A stretch of 64,000 bases of DNA from Desulfurococcaceae archaeon. Its GTDB lineage: Archaea > Thermoproteota > Thermoprotei_A > Sulfolobales > Desulfurococcaceae. Below the pieces are notes generated by a model that saw only the letters and a list, made by a program, of their open reading frames with translations, was not told the origin of the DNA and made no database searches. The DNA lies in NCBI GenBank assembly GCA_020833225.1, contig JAJHQS010000003.1, forward strand, positions 2,005 to 66,004. The letters are read 5' to 3'. This document shows positions 47,892-57,102 of the stretch, piece by piece (the stretch's first letter is position 1; the number at the start of each line of letters is the position of its first letter). Position numbers and translations under genes: made by a program.

Positions 47892-48549
47892 GCTAATAGC
47901 TCTAAAATTATCTGGTCACCTTATTAAATATGGAGAAGTTGTTAGAGAGACATTACGTGAGCTTAGATCTCTAAGTACAATAGCAAAGTTTATACTAATA
48001 CCTGGTGGTAGCTTATTTGCCGATTTCGTTAGAGAACTACAGGGGAGTATTGGTTTTAATGATGACATAGCACATTGGCTTGCAATTAAAGCCATGGAGA
48101 TGTATGGAGCATATATCATGGGCTTAGATGATTTACACATATTAGTAGAGACATATGACCTTGCAGAGACACGTGAAGCTATAAGTAGAGGTAAAATACC
48201 AGTCTTAATGCCATACAAGATTATAAAGACACTTAATGAGCTTCCACATAGTTGGAGTGTAACGAGTGACTCTATAGCTATCTATATTGCTAAGCTCTTA
48301 GAGGCAAATATGGTCATATTAGCTAAGCCTGTAAGTGGTGTTTTAGATGAGAAAGGTGGGTTGATTAGGAGGATGAGTATCACTGATCTAATGCGGTTAA
48401 ATGTAAACATCATCGATTCATATTCCATAGAACTCTTACGTAAAGCTAAAATACCGTTAGCAATATATAACATGTTGAAGCCTCACTTACTAAAACATAT
48501 AGTGAATGAAGAACCTGGAGATTATACATTCATACATACTTCCTTTTAA
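47884..48549 (+). CDS. mfnE: Amino-acid-kinase-fold kinase, MfnE-like
   Basis: LKLSGHL...LIPGGSLFADFVR and SWSVTSDSIAIYIAKLLEANMVILAKPVSGV match the uridylate/amino-acid kinase fold. Confidence 0.55.
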   Translation: MNKLIALKLSGHLIKYGEVVRETLRELRSLSTIAKFILIPGGSLFADFVRELQGSIGFNDDIAHWLAIKAMEMYGAYIMGLDDLHILVETYDLAETREAISRGKIPVLMPYKIIKTLNELPHSWSVTSDSIAIYIAKLLEANMVILAKPVSGVLDEKGGLIRRMSITDLMRLNVNIIDSYSIELLRKAKIPLAIYNMLKPHLLKHIVNEEPGDYTFIHTSF

Positions 48550-48629
48550 ACTTTTTAAAACTATATATCATAGCTCTTAATTTAAAATAGCGGCTGCCAA
48601 ACTATCTCAAAGATCAGGGGAGAACGTCT

Positions 48630-49361
48630 TCACGACTCAATGGTTTTAAAAGCAGCGATGATCGTTCTCTTTAATTCTCTTACAAGTTCTTCTGAGACTA
48701 TACCTTCTCTGCCACCAGTACACACGGCTCCTCTAAATCCAATTATGTCAAATTCTAATTTAACAGCGTCAAAAACATGGTGTTTTCTTAAACTACCAGC
48801 TATAGCTGCCATTAAGCCGTTTTCATGGGTTTCTTTAACAAATTTCTCTAAGTAACTTCTAGTTAGAAGGTTAAATGTTGTTTTACCATCTTTTACATAT
48901 GTATCGATCATAACAACACTAGCCCCTACACTCTTAGCTATGTCAATTACTTTTAGAGGTTCAAGTGATTCAGCTCGCTCATAATCAGCATATCCTACTA
49001 AGACTAGCTTAGTGTTAAAAGACTTTAAGACATCTGATAGTCTTAATCCTACTATTTTTGCCTCATCTAATGATTTCATTGCAATACCTACTTTAAAGTA
49101 ATTGACACCGAGAGAACCAGCAGTATGAGCTATATATTCTAAATATGGCTCAAATTTCTTAACATCACCACTAGCACAGCTCACTTCTATTTTAAAAGTG
49201 TTAAGCTTCCTGGACCTCTCTATAACCTCTCTTAAAACACTATAATCTGGTAGCCCTAAACTACCCCTAGAAGGTTCTTTCACATCAACTATATCAGCTC
49301 CACCACGCACAGCGCTTTCAAACTCAGAGGGGTGTCTTATTGAAACTAGTAATTTAATCAT
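48630..49361 (-). CDS. mfnB: (5-formylfuran-3-yl)methyl phosphate synthase, MfnB-like (DUF556)
   Basis: MIKLLVSIRHPSEFESAVRGGADIVDVKEPSRGSLG resembles the MfnB N-terminus. 243-aa TIM-barrel size. Confidence 0.65.
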   Translation of the reverse strand: MIKLLVSIRHPSEFESAVRGGADIVDVKEPSRGSLGLPDYSVLREVIERSRKLNTFKIEVSCASGDVKKFEPYLEYIAHTAGSLGVNYFKVGIAMKSLDEAKIVGLRLSDVLKSFNTKLVLVGYADYERAESLEPLKVIDIAKSVGASVVMIDTYVKDGKTTFNLLTRSYLEKFVKETHENGLMAAIAGSLRKHHVFDAVKLEFDIIGFRGAVCTGGREGIVSEELVRELKRTIIAAFKTIES

Positions 49362-49440
49362 AATTTACACTCAAACTCATATTCAGCTAATTTAACACTT
49401 AATTCTCCTAATTAAATGTGAAATATTTGGCAGAGTAGAG

Positions 49441-50073
49441 ATGATAGATGTTTGTTTAGCAATATTAGCAGGTGGTAGTGGAGAGAGATTTAGACATTAT
49501 AAACCACTAATACAGTTGGGTAGTAAGAAGTTAATAGAGTATATTTTAGAGAATTTAGCTCCATATTTTAATAGAACTCTACTAGTAGTTAAAAACGATC
49601 TCCAGAGAGAACTCTTAATTAATAATATTAGTAAAGCTATTAGTAAATATGATGTTGAAATAGTATTAGATAAAATAGATCTTGAGGGACCAATTGCCGG
49701 CATTATTACTGCTACTGAGTACTGTAATGACAAGTTATTAGCACTAGCCCCATCAGATACTCCATTCATAAAATTCAATATTTACGAGAAACTCAGAGAT
49801 TACGTAGTTAAAAGGCATTATGATGCAGCTATACCAATATGGCCTAATAACTACACTGAACCCTTAATCTCGCTTAGTGTTAGAGAGAGGCTTGCACACG
49901 CAGCTCACATGTGTATCTCAGGGAGGTGGAGAGTTCAAGACGTGTATAGTAAACTACATACAGCATATGTCAATATCTACTCTCTTAGTGAAAACCCTGA
50001 AGTAGATTTCCTCAATATAAATAATTATGGGGACTTAGAACTAGCTTTGAAAATTATTAATCAACGTAATTAA
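49441..50073 (+). CDS. mobA: MobA-like molybdenum cofactor guanylyltransferase
   Basis: ILAGGSGERF nucleotide-binding motif. 210 aa. Confidence 0.7.
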   Translation: MIDVCLAILAGGSGERFRHYKPLIQLGSKKLIEYILENLAPYFNRTLLVVKNDLQRELLINNISKAISKYDVEIVLDKIDLEGPIAGIITATEYCNDKLLALAPSDTPFIKFNIYEKLRDYVVKRHYDAAIPIWPNNYTEPLISLSVRERLAHAAHMCISGRWRVQDVYSKLHTAYVNIYSLSENPEVDFLNINNYGDLELALKIINQRN

Positions 50074-51142
50074 GCCACTCTATTGGCTTAATATAGTCTC
50101 TACCAGCAGCCTCAAACGTACCTATTATTATCTGATAATATATTTCACTATTTTTCAAATCTTCTACTTCTTCTAGTTTACCATAAGCCACTACTTCTTC
50201 TCCGGGCTTAGCAAGGTCTATGTAGAGGCCCTCATAACTCACAATCCTTGTTATTTGGCCAGGTGGGGGGATTCCTTCTAATACTCTTACATTGTCAACT
50301 ATGTATACAGCGGGCATGAAAATAGCGTCTCTGTTATCTATGACCCTAGCTTTTACTTTCACTAATCCAAGGGGTTTGTGGATTTTATCTTCCCACTGCT
50401 CATTTACTTCACTCTCTAATTTAACTGGGTGTATAGAAAATTGTCTTCCCTTGTAAATAGCTCTATTCCACTTATATTTACTATAAAGGATCATTGCTTC
50501 TCTTAGACTTAGTGGGTGATGTGATATTACATCTTTACTCCACTCTTCAAGCATTTTACCTCTAGGTAGAGAGAAATGTAATTCTTTTTCACTATGTAAT
50601 AGTTCTCTTAGAGCATCTCTAATAATCCAGCTATTACGTTCACCATAAATTATTACGTCTATATCTGAGTACTGTATATTGTGTATTTTTAAGAGGAGAG
50701 AACCTGTTATTCCGAAATTAACTAGATTTATGTTTGTTATATCAGATAACTCCTCAACTAGATCTATTGCTAGTTTTTCTAGATCATCTCGCTGTGAACT
50801 AAGAATTTCTTGTAATCTCTCTTCTGGTTTAAAATGTGTTTTAATTTTATACTTAGGCACCTCTATTAGTTCAATTGATCTATATTTATCGAAGACTATG
50901 TATTCTGGATAGTGATTTCTCAAATAGTTCATTGTGTCTTTAACTCCCATAGCGCTATAATATGGTAAAATTCTACCATACATAATGCCACTTCTACTCC
51001 ACTTAGTCCTAATACTTGAAGAATAGTGTGGTATATATTTCAAATACGCTATTACTCTATCAGCTGGATGTATATTGCCAATTACACAGAAAATTAAACC
51101 CTCACTAGACTCTAAGAAGTCTCTATCTCTAAACCCCCTCAT
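50057..51142 (-). CDS. Predicted Pol-beta-superfamily nucleotidyltransferase with a C-terminal OB-like domain
   Basis: GITGSLLLKIHNIQYSDIDVIIYG (G[GS]-x-D-x-D motif). The beta-rich C-terminus (VKARVIDNRD...VVAYGKLEEV) looks OB-like. Confidence 0.5.
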   Translation of the reverse strand: MRGFRDRDFLESSEGLIFCVIGNIHPADRVIAYLKYIPHYSSSIRTKWSRSGIMYGRILPYYSAMGVKDTMNYLRNHYPEYIVFDKYRSIELIEVPKYKIKTHFKPEERLQEILSSQRDDLEKLAIDLVEELSDITNINLVNFGITGSLLLKIHNIQYSDIDVIIYGERNSWIIRDALRELLHSEKELHFSLPRGKMLEEWSKDVISHHPLSLREAMILYSKYKWNRAIYKGRQFSIHPVKLESEVNEQWEDKIHKPLGLVKVKARVIDNRDAIFMPAVYIVDNVRVLEGIPPPGQITRIVSYEGLYIDLAKPGEEVVAYGKLEEVEDLKNSEIYYQIIIGTFEAAGRDYIKPIEWLNYVD

Positions 51143-51231
51143 CTAATATACCTCAAAGCTACCCACAATTATCTAGTTTACGTGTTTAATAAGTCTATTG
51201 AGATATTTATGTATTGAAAACTTAAGGTCTA

Positions 51232-52134
51232 ATGGCACATATAGTCATATCTGTAAATGTGATGTTAATGATTGAGGGATATTTAGTTAAATACAAGAAT
51301 TACTTCTGGGTTGTTAAAGGCTGTGAACACTTCGACGACTACATAATTGCCTATCCTCGCTATGATATTATTAATCAAGTTAAAATTAAAAGTACTAGTA
51401 GAGCATTAGATATAGCGAGGAAACTTGGAGTTTTAAGATATAATGAGTGTTTAAAACTAGAAGTCCCGTTACTAAGGAGAGATGAAATTGAAGATGTACT
51501 TAACCCCTTTAATAGAGATCTCTGGCCTGAATTACCGCGAGAAGTAGACCTGATTCTCGGAGATCTTGACTCAAACGAGTTAAGAGATATAGGATTAACT
51601 GGGAGTTACTTAGTGTCAACAATATTAGAGAATATTAAGCCAAGAGACGTGGACTTAATTATTAGAGATGTGAATGTGGGCTTTAAAGTCTATAAAAAAC
51701 TCAGAGAACTAAGAGAGAGGGGGAGTAGTAAGCCTTTAGAAGAACCAGAAGAATTTGAAGGATGTGATCCAGAGACCAGAACTATGTTGTTAAAGAGTAG
51801 AGTACTAGAGGGAGTCATAGGCGACATAATTTATAGTATACGAATATTATCATGTAGAGAGAGTTTTAAACCTACCTGTGTAGAGAGCTATGGGTTTTAT
51901 AGTGGAGAACTCATCATCGTGAAAGATATATCTCCAATAACCATGCCCTACACATACATCGCAGAAAGTAAGCTAGGTAAAATTCTGGTGAAGAGTTTAC
52001 GAATGAGATATAGTGAAATACCCGTGGGAACAAGGCTAATAGTATTAAACTGTAGAATAGAAAAATGCTCTGAGGATCTCACTCATATTAGCTTAGATGA
52101 ATGCACAGTTAAACTACTTTCATTAGTTATATGA
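51232..52134 (+). CDS. Predicted Pol-beta-superfamily nucleotidyltransferase, divergent paralogue of 50057..51142
   Basis: GLTGSYLVSTILENIKPRDVDLIIRD motif. Same three-part layout as its neighbour. An ATG near 51262 is a possible start. Confidence 0.45.
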   Translation: MAHIVISVNVMLMIEGYLVKYKNYFWVVKGCEHFDDYIIAYPRYDIINQVKIKSTSRALDIARKLGVLRYNECLKLEVPLLRRDEIEDVLNPFNRDLWPELPREVDLILGDLDSNELRDIGLTGSYLVSTILENIKPRDVDLIIRDVNVGFKVYKKLRELRERGSSKPLEEPEEFEGCDPETRTMLLKSRVLEGVIGDIIYSIRILSCRESFKPTCVESYGFYSGELIIVKDISPITMPYTYIAESKLGKILVKSLRMRYSEIPVGTRLIVLNCRIEKCSEDLTHISLDECTVKLLSLVI

Positions 52135-53336
52135 TGAACTCTTTTTGTAATGACATTTAAACCCCCTAAGCTCTTGTAGTGTCTAACTATCTATAATACA
52201 ATTATTGTCCATAAAAGATAACGAAAAGGAATAAACCACGTGTTAAACTTGAAAGGGCATTAGCGAAATCTACTAAGTCGATAGAATTTAAATCTATTTA
52301 CGGCACTTTGAGCTAAGTTAGATTATGTAATGTTCTACTAAATTACTCTATTATGAGAGAGGAGTCAAGGAACTTAGATCTATATGAGCTAAATTCGGCT
52401 TTCACTTTCTTTAACCAATATGTTTTCTCTGAGCAGTTCGATATTTTCAGGGATTCCATTGACTTTCTTACACCTTTCTGTGGAAGATTTTTAAAAGGTG
52501 CTTACTAATACTACTTCAGGGCCTCCGATAAATGATAATGTCTTGTAGTAATATCTTGATCTCTTGGAGTAAAAATACCTTGGATATTTTAAATACGTTT
52601 TCTGAAATCTATGACTCTAATTCATTATCTATAGGTGATAACGCATCAATACTTGAAAGCGACACCTCAGGCTGTGGGTACTCAACTAAGCTCTTGATCT
52701 CCTCATATTTCTATACTTCCCAGAAACCTCAAATACTTTAGTTAACAACTTGTTTCGTAATACCTATTTAAGAGAACCTACATCTACGATTATATGTACT
52801 ATTGTCGAATATATGTTCGTAGGTAATGGTGCGAAGTGTACACTAAATTCTTTATTTCCACAACATTAACAGTTCCTTGTGAACCTTGACTGATGGAACA
52901 CGATGTCAGACTTTATCCTCTCAAGTTTACAAAAGTATCGTATCGTTAAGTAAATTTCCATGCTTCTTTACTCACAAACACTTAAATACGTTTAAGGAAT
53001 TACACTCATGGCCTCGCCTTCTAAGCTGGGCGGAACAAGAACATCGGTAACAGCTAGAGGTGAGCTAACAGTTCTCGTGATGTTTGCCCCAGTAGTAATT
53101 CGACTATACGAGGAGTAATTAAAAACATCAAGGTAGTGGTGAATGAGAATGGATATAAGTTTGAGAATAGCTACTTACCCTTCTATCTGTCTTAATGTAA
53201 AAATCGTAAATAGACGTATATGGAAAGTTGCCTTAAGTGCAAAAGACTATAAGTAAATATTTATAACTCTAACGCGAGTTAAGTAATAATAATGTTTATG
53301 GCTATTATCAAGAGGATTTAAAATGAGGTCTGTGTT

Positions 53337-54434
53337 ATGGTGGAGAAGAGTGATAAGATAATTTTCGTTCAAGGAGAATTTAGAGAAGAGCTTCTAAATG
53401 GAAAAGCCCTCTGCATTTATGTTATAGCTTCAACAAAGACCTCCACGATCCCTGGGATATCGCTAGCTGGTCAAGCACCTCTACTCACGCTATTCACGCC
53501 AGCTTTAGATGTTGAATATCTTTACAACGGTATTCCGATCTCTTTCCCCATAATACCAACAACCCCTGAGGGAATACCAACTCCCGCTATTATAACGCGC
53601 TCCGCTATTAAACTCTCTCAATTACCCTACATAATTGTTGATGCTGGCTCCTTCATAGAACCAAGAGTTTCCTTATTAAAATTAGCCTGGAGAACTATAG
53701 GTGGTAGAATAGATATTGAAAATGCTTTACCTTTGGGAACTTCAAGAAAGCTTTTTGAAGAATCAAAGGAAGTAGGCAAAACTTATGGGTCTATAGCTAA
53801 CGTGATCGTTATTGGTGAAAGTATGCCTGGAGGAACTACAACCGCTATGGCTATACTTAGAGCTCTCAATTACGGAGAACCTGATGTTGTTAGTAGCTCT
53901 TCGAGAGATAACCCACTAGAACTCAAGAGAGCCATTACAGATAAGGCCCTTCAAAGATTAAAAAATAACGAAGATATCTTTAAAATAAATGATATCGTAG
54001 GAGATCCTCTACACATATCAATAGCCGGCATAGCTCTAGGTGCTCTTGAGAAAAAATCTCTCGTTGTTTTAGCTGGTGGTACACAGATGCTTGCAGTATT
54101 ATCATTAATGAAGGAGATCGAGCCTCAATTTGATCAGAGGAAAGTTGTTCTAGCTACGACTAGATGGATATATCTAGATAAAGGTGTAAAAATATTAAAT
54201 GTTCTTAGAAAATACTTCCCAGAGATAACTTTTACATATGTAGATATTAATTTTGAAGATGCCCCCTTTAAAGGACTTAGAGCATATGAAGAGGGATTCG
54301 TTAAAGAGGGTGTCGGTGCGGGAGGAACAGCTTTTCTAGCGATGATCAGGGGAGTTAAGGTGAGTGAACTAAAAAGTCGTGTATATGAGGAATATAGCAA
54401 CATCATTAGCCATGGTGTAATACCCTATGGTTAA
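53337..54434 (+). CDS. cobT: Archaeal-type nicotinate-nucleotide:dimethylbenzimidazole phosphoribosyltransferase (CobT, UPF0284 family)
   Basis: TKTSTIPGISLAG and IGESMPGGTTTAMAIL motifs. GAGGT lies 8 nt before the ATG. Confidence 0.75.
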   Translation: MVEKSDKIIFVQGEFREELLNGKALCIYVIASTKTSTIPGISLAGQAPLLTLFTPALDVEYLYNGIPISFPIIPTTPEGIPTPAIITRSAIKLSQLPYIIVDAGSFIEPRVSLLKLAWRTIGGRIDIENALPLGTSRKLFEESKEVGKTYGSIANVIVIGESMPGGTTTAMAILRALNYGEPDVVSSSSRDNPLELKRAITDKALQRLKNNEDIFKINDIVGDPLHISIAGIALGALEKKSLVVLAGGTQMLAVLSLMKEIEPQFDQRKVVLATTRWIYLDKGVKILNVLRKYFPEITFTYVDINFEDAPFKGLRAYEEGFVKEGVGAGGTAFLAMIRGVKVSELKSRVYEEYSNIISHGVIPYG

Positions 54435-55530
54435 AATTATTAGAAGTGATAGTGAAGCGCTCATAATTGATCTTGAGCGAGACATGGTACCTCTTTCGAC
54501 AGCCGGATGTCCCAAAGTGTTTACTACAGTAAGATATATTGTATTTAAACGTGTTCCAAAAGACTTCAGTCACGTTGACCTCGACGCATTCTGCTCAGAT
54601 CTCTCTAATTCTCTAGGTCTTGATGGAGCAAAAACCATAATTTTCTTAACAGCAGTTGATGTATCAACTTATAGTTATGCTCAAGCTGTTTTCAGAGATG
54701 TAAAAGTCGAAGTCTTTATAACTTTTGGTATTAATATGCCTTACTGCGTAAACATAGATATAGATGTTCATAATCAACTAAACACTATAAATATAGCTGT
54801 TATTGTAAATAAACCACTTAGCCGCCTAGCTCTCCTAGATCTTTTTAGAACAGTGTCTGAAATTAAGGGATCTATACTATCACTTGGAGGCCCTCAATGT
54901 ATTAGTGGTATTTCTTTAGGCACAGCATCTGACGCTACGACTGTTGTAGCTCCTGAGGACTCTAATAGATTTGCAGGCATCGCTACAGATATTGGAATAG
55001 CTACTGCACAAGCACTCATAAAAGCCTTAACTAAGTCATTAATAAACATTAATTATGAGGATTATATAGCAAAGACTTTGGGGTTAAATAACTTTGAATA
55101 CATTATAGAGTTAAGTAGAAGAGTCTATAACTTCGCACCTATACCTAGTGTTAACGAGGAAGAATTCCTCGAAGAGTTAAAAAAGGAATTTAGTTATGCG
55201 TTAACAGATCCAAATATTCAAATACTAATTAGAGGCGCGAAACTAGTTGAGATCTCTGCTCAACTTGGCTTAATACCCTCTATAACGTCTAGTGAATTTT
55301 TAGCTGACACTCCTAGAATCATAGTTGATGAGTTAATAGGTAAAGCTCTCTCAGAGTATATAAATGGTTTCAGGGGACTATTAGCTTATTACTGGGTAGA
55401 GAGGTTAAAAGAACGTGGAGACCTCTCTGAAATTAAGGAGCTTCCTCCGATCTCTGACGACATTATTACAGCGTTAATTGGAAGTATTCTCAGTAAGATC
55501 TACGATAAATATGTCCAATTGAAGAGGTAA
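54427..55530 (+). CDS. cbiZ: Adenosylcobinamide amidohydrolase CbiZ with a C-terminal extra domain of about 150 aa (possibly CobZ/PgpA-like, i.e. a CbiS-type fusion)
   Basis: The N-terminal 210 aa or so are CbiZ-like (TINIAVIVNKPLS, GTASDATTVV). The extension ends in ISDDIITALIGSILSKIY, reminiscent of the PgpA/CobZ C-terminal motif. Confidence 0.6.
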   Translation: MVKIIRSDSEALIIDLERDMVPLSTAGCPKVFTTVRYIVFKRVPKDFSHVDLDAFCSDLSNSLGLDGAKTIIFLTAVDVSTYSYAQAVFRDVKVEVFITFGINMPYCVNIDIDVHNQLNTINIAVIVNKPLSRLALLDLFRTVSEIKGSILSLGGPQCISGISLGTASDATTVVAPEDSNRFAGIATDIGIATAQALIKALTKSLININYEDYIAKTLGLNNFEYIIELSRRVYNFAPIPSVNEEEFLEELKKEFSYALTDPNIQILIRGAKLVEISAQLGLIPSITSSEFLADTPRIIVDELIGKALSEYINGFRGLLAYYWVERLKERGDLSEIKELPPISDDIITALIGSILSKIYDKYVQLKR

Positions 55531-55534
55531 AAGC

Positions 55535-56080
55535 ATGAACATATTAATTATGGCTGGAGGCAGAGGATCACGATTAGGAGGATTAAAGAAACCATTTTTA
55601 AGCCTATGTCGTAGGAGATTAATTGACGTGGTCATTGATGTGGCGAAGAGTCTTGTTAAGAATAATGAAATTTATCTTTGCATATGTAAAGACGATGTTA
55701 ACATGCTAAACAACGCTATAAATATAAATGTCATTTTGTGTCCTGGACAAGGTTATGTAGAAGACTTGATTTATGCTTTTCAAATAACTGGTTTTCCCAC
55801 ATTAGTGCTTCCAGCCGATATGCCTTTTCTTACTAGAGAAGTTGTTGAGAGGTTTTTGAGTGAAGCTTTACGTTTAGAGAGTGACGTTGTAACCTTAATG
55901 GTTTGTAACAAGAATGAATGTAAGGAGTCAGGTATATCGCTTTTTAGAAAAACTGGTGGTTCCTGGAGTAATGTATACTTTGAGGAGGATATTCGATTAA
56001 GAGATATTGATACATATGAAGACCTTGTGTGGGCTGAAAAACTTTGCGAATCCATGGAGGGGATAGAAGAGCGAGATTAG
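55535..56080 (+). CDS. cobY: Adenosylcobinamide-phosphate guanylyltransferase (archaeal CobY)
   Basis: ILIMAGGRGSRLGG nucleotidyltransferase motif. 181 aa. In the cob operon. Confidence 0.75.
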   Translation: MNILIMAGGRGSRLGGLKKPFLSLCRRRLIDVVIDVAKSLVKNNEIYLCICKDDVNMLNNAININVILCPGQGYVEDLIYAFQITGFPTLVLPADMPFLTREVVERFLSEALRLESDVVTLMVCNKNECKESGISLFRKTGGSWSNVYFEEDIRLRDIDTYEDLVWAEKLCESMEGIEERD

Positions 56081-57102
56081 ATTTTAGTTCAAATATAAAT
56101 CCTTTAGCACCTCCTAAATATGTCTATAATATTATCTCAGAGTGTATAGATAAGAGAGTTCTTGAAAAATATCCTGACTACAATTATGAGGAACTCCGTA
56201 GTGCTATATCAAAGTTCTATGAGTGTGATTCGGAAAATATTATTCCGACGGCAGGGGCTCATGAAGCGATAAACTTAACAATTCTTGCTTTAAAGCCTAA
56301 GAAAATAATCGTCCTTGAACCCTCTTACGGCGAATATGAGGATCTTTCAGGTGTTTTAAACATAGATTATATTCCACTATATTATAAACGCCTAGAAGAA
56401 GGCTTTTATCTAGATGTTACACAACTTAACGCGTTCTGCCAGGATAGAGAAGCCCTTATCGTAATTACAAATCCTAATAATCCCACAGGTTCATATATAG
56501 ATAGATCACAACTACTAGATTCATTATCTCAATGTAAGGCAAAGATACTTGTAGATGAGGCTTATATGGAGCTATGTACTCACTGTCCTATAACAGTCAA
56601 AAATGTCACATCTGAGAACTTTATTATAGTGAGGTCTCTGACCAAATGGCTTGGATTACCAGGCATGAGATTAGGATTTCTTTATGTAACCTCTCGTAGC
56701 GTTATCGACAAAATTAATATTCTTAGACAACCTTGGAATATTAATAGCTTGACTGAATGTCTTGTCACTGAACTTTTTAATAAGTTTTCAAATGAATTAT
56801 ACAGCTTTATAAGAGCTTCAAAAGAGTTTATTTACAGAGAAAGAGAACGTGTATCTATCGCGCTTAAGGAAATGGGGATCAAAGTTTATGAAAGCGTTAC
56901 AAATTTCCTATTAATTGAAGTGAGAGAGGGGTTAAAATTAGTAAGTGTATTAAAAGAGAATGGTATTGCTGTTAGAAGCTGTCTTAGCTTTAAAGGACTG
57001 GGACCTAATTTTATAAGAATAGCCATTAGAAAAACAGAAGAAAATGATGAGCTTTTAAAGGTGTTAAAAGAGGTAATAGGGTGTGAGCAAGGTCATAGAT
57101 GA
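56044..57102 (+). CDS. cobD: L-threonine-O-3-phosphate decarboxylase (CobD, class I/II aminotransferase fold)
   Basis: IHGGD...LDFSSNINPLAPP N-terminus and the PLP lysine region RSLTKWLGLPGMRLG. Confidence 0.8.
   Translation: MRIHGGDRRARLDFSSNINPLAPPKYVYNIISECIDKRVLEKYPDYNYEELRSAISKFYECDSENIIPTAGAHEAINLTILALKPKKIIVLEPSYGEYEDLSGVLNIDYIPLYYKRLEEGFYLDVTQLNAFCQDREALIVITNPNNPTGSYIDRSQLLDSLSQCKAKILVDEAYMELCTHCPITVKNVTSENFIIVRSLTKWLGLPGMRLGFLYVTSRSVIDKINILRQPWNINSLTECLVTELFNKFSNELYSFIRASKEFIYRERERVSIALKEMGIKVYESVTNFLLIEVREGLKLVSVLKENGIAVRSCLSFKGLGPNFIRIAIRKTEENDELLKVLKEVIGCEQGHR

Noticed and set aside
52900-53336. Possible cobalamin riboswitch upstream of cobT
   Set aside because: I looked for a B12-box-like element (AGYCMGGAGACCKGCC-type) and the conserved GCCACTG core and did not see them. 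Only a weak 5-bp stem (tcgcc...ggcgg near 53014-53034) is present, and riboswitches of this class are not established in archaea. A covariance-model scan would be needed to be sure.
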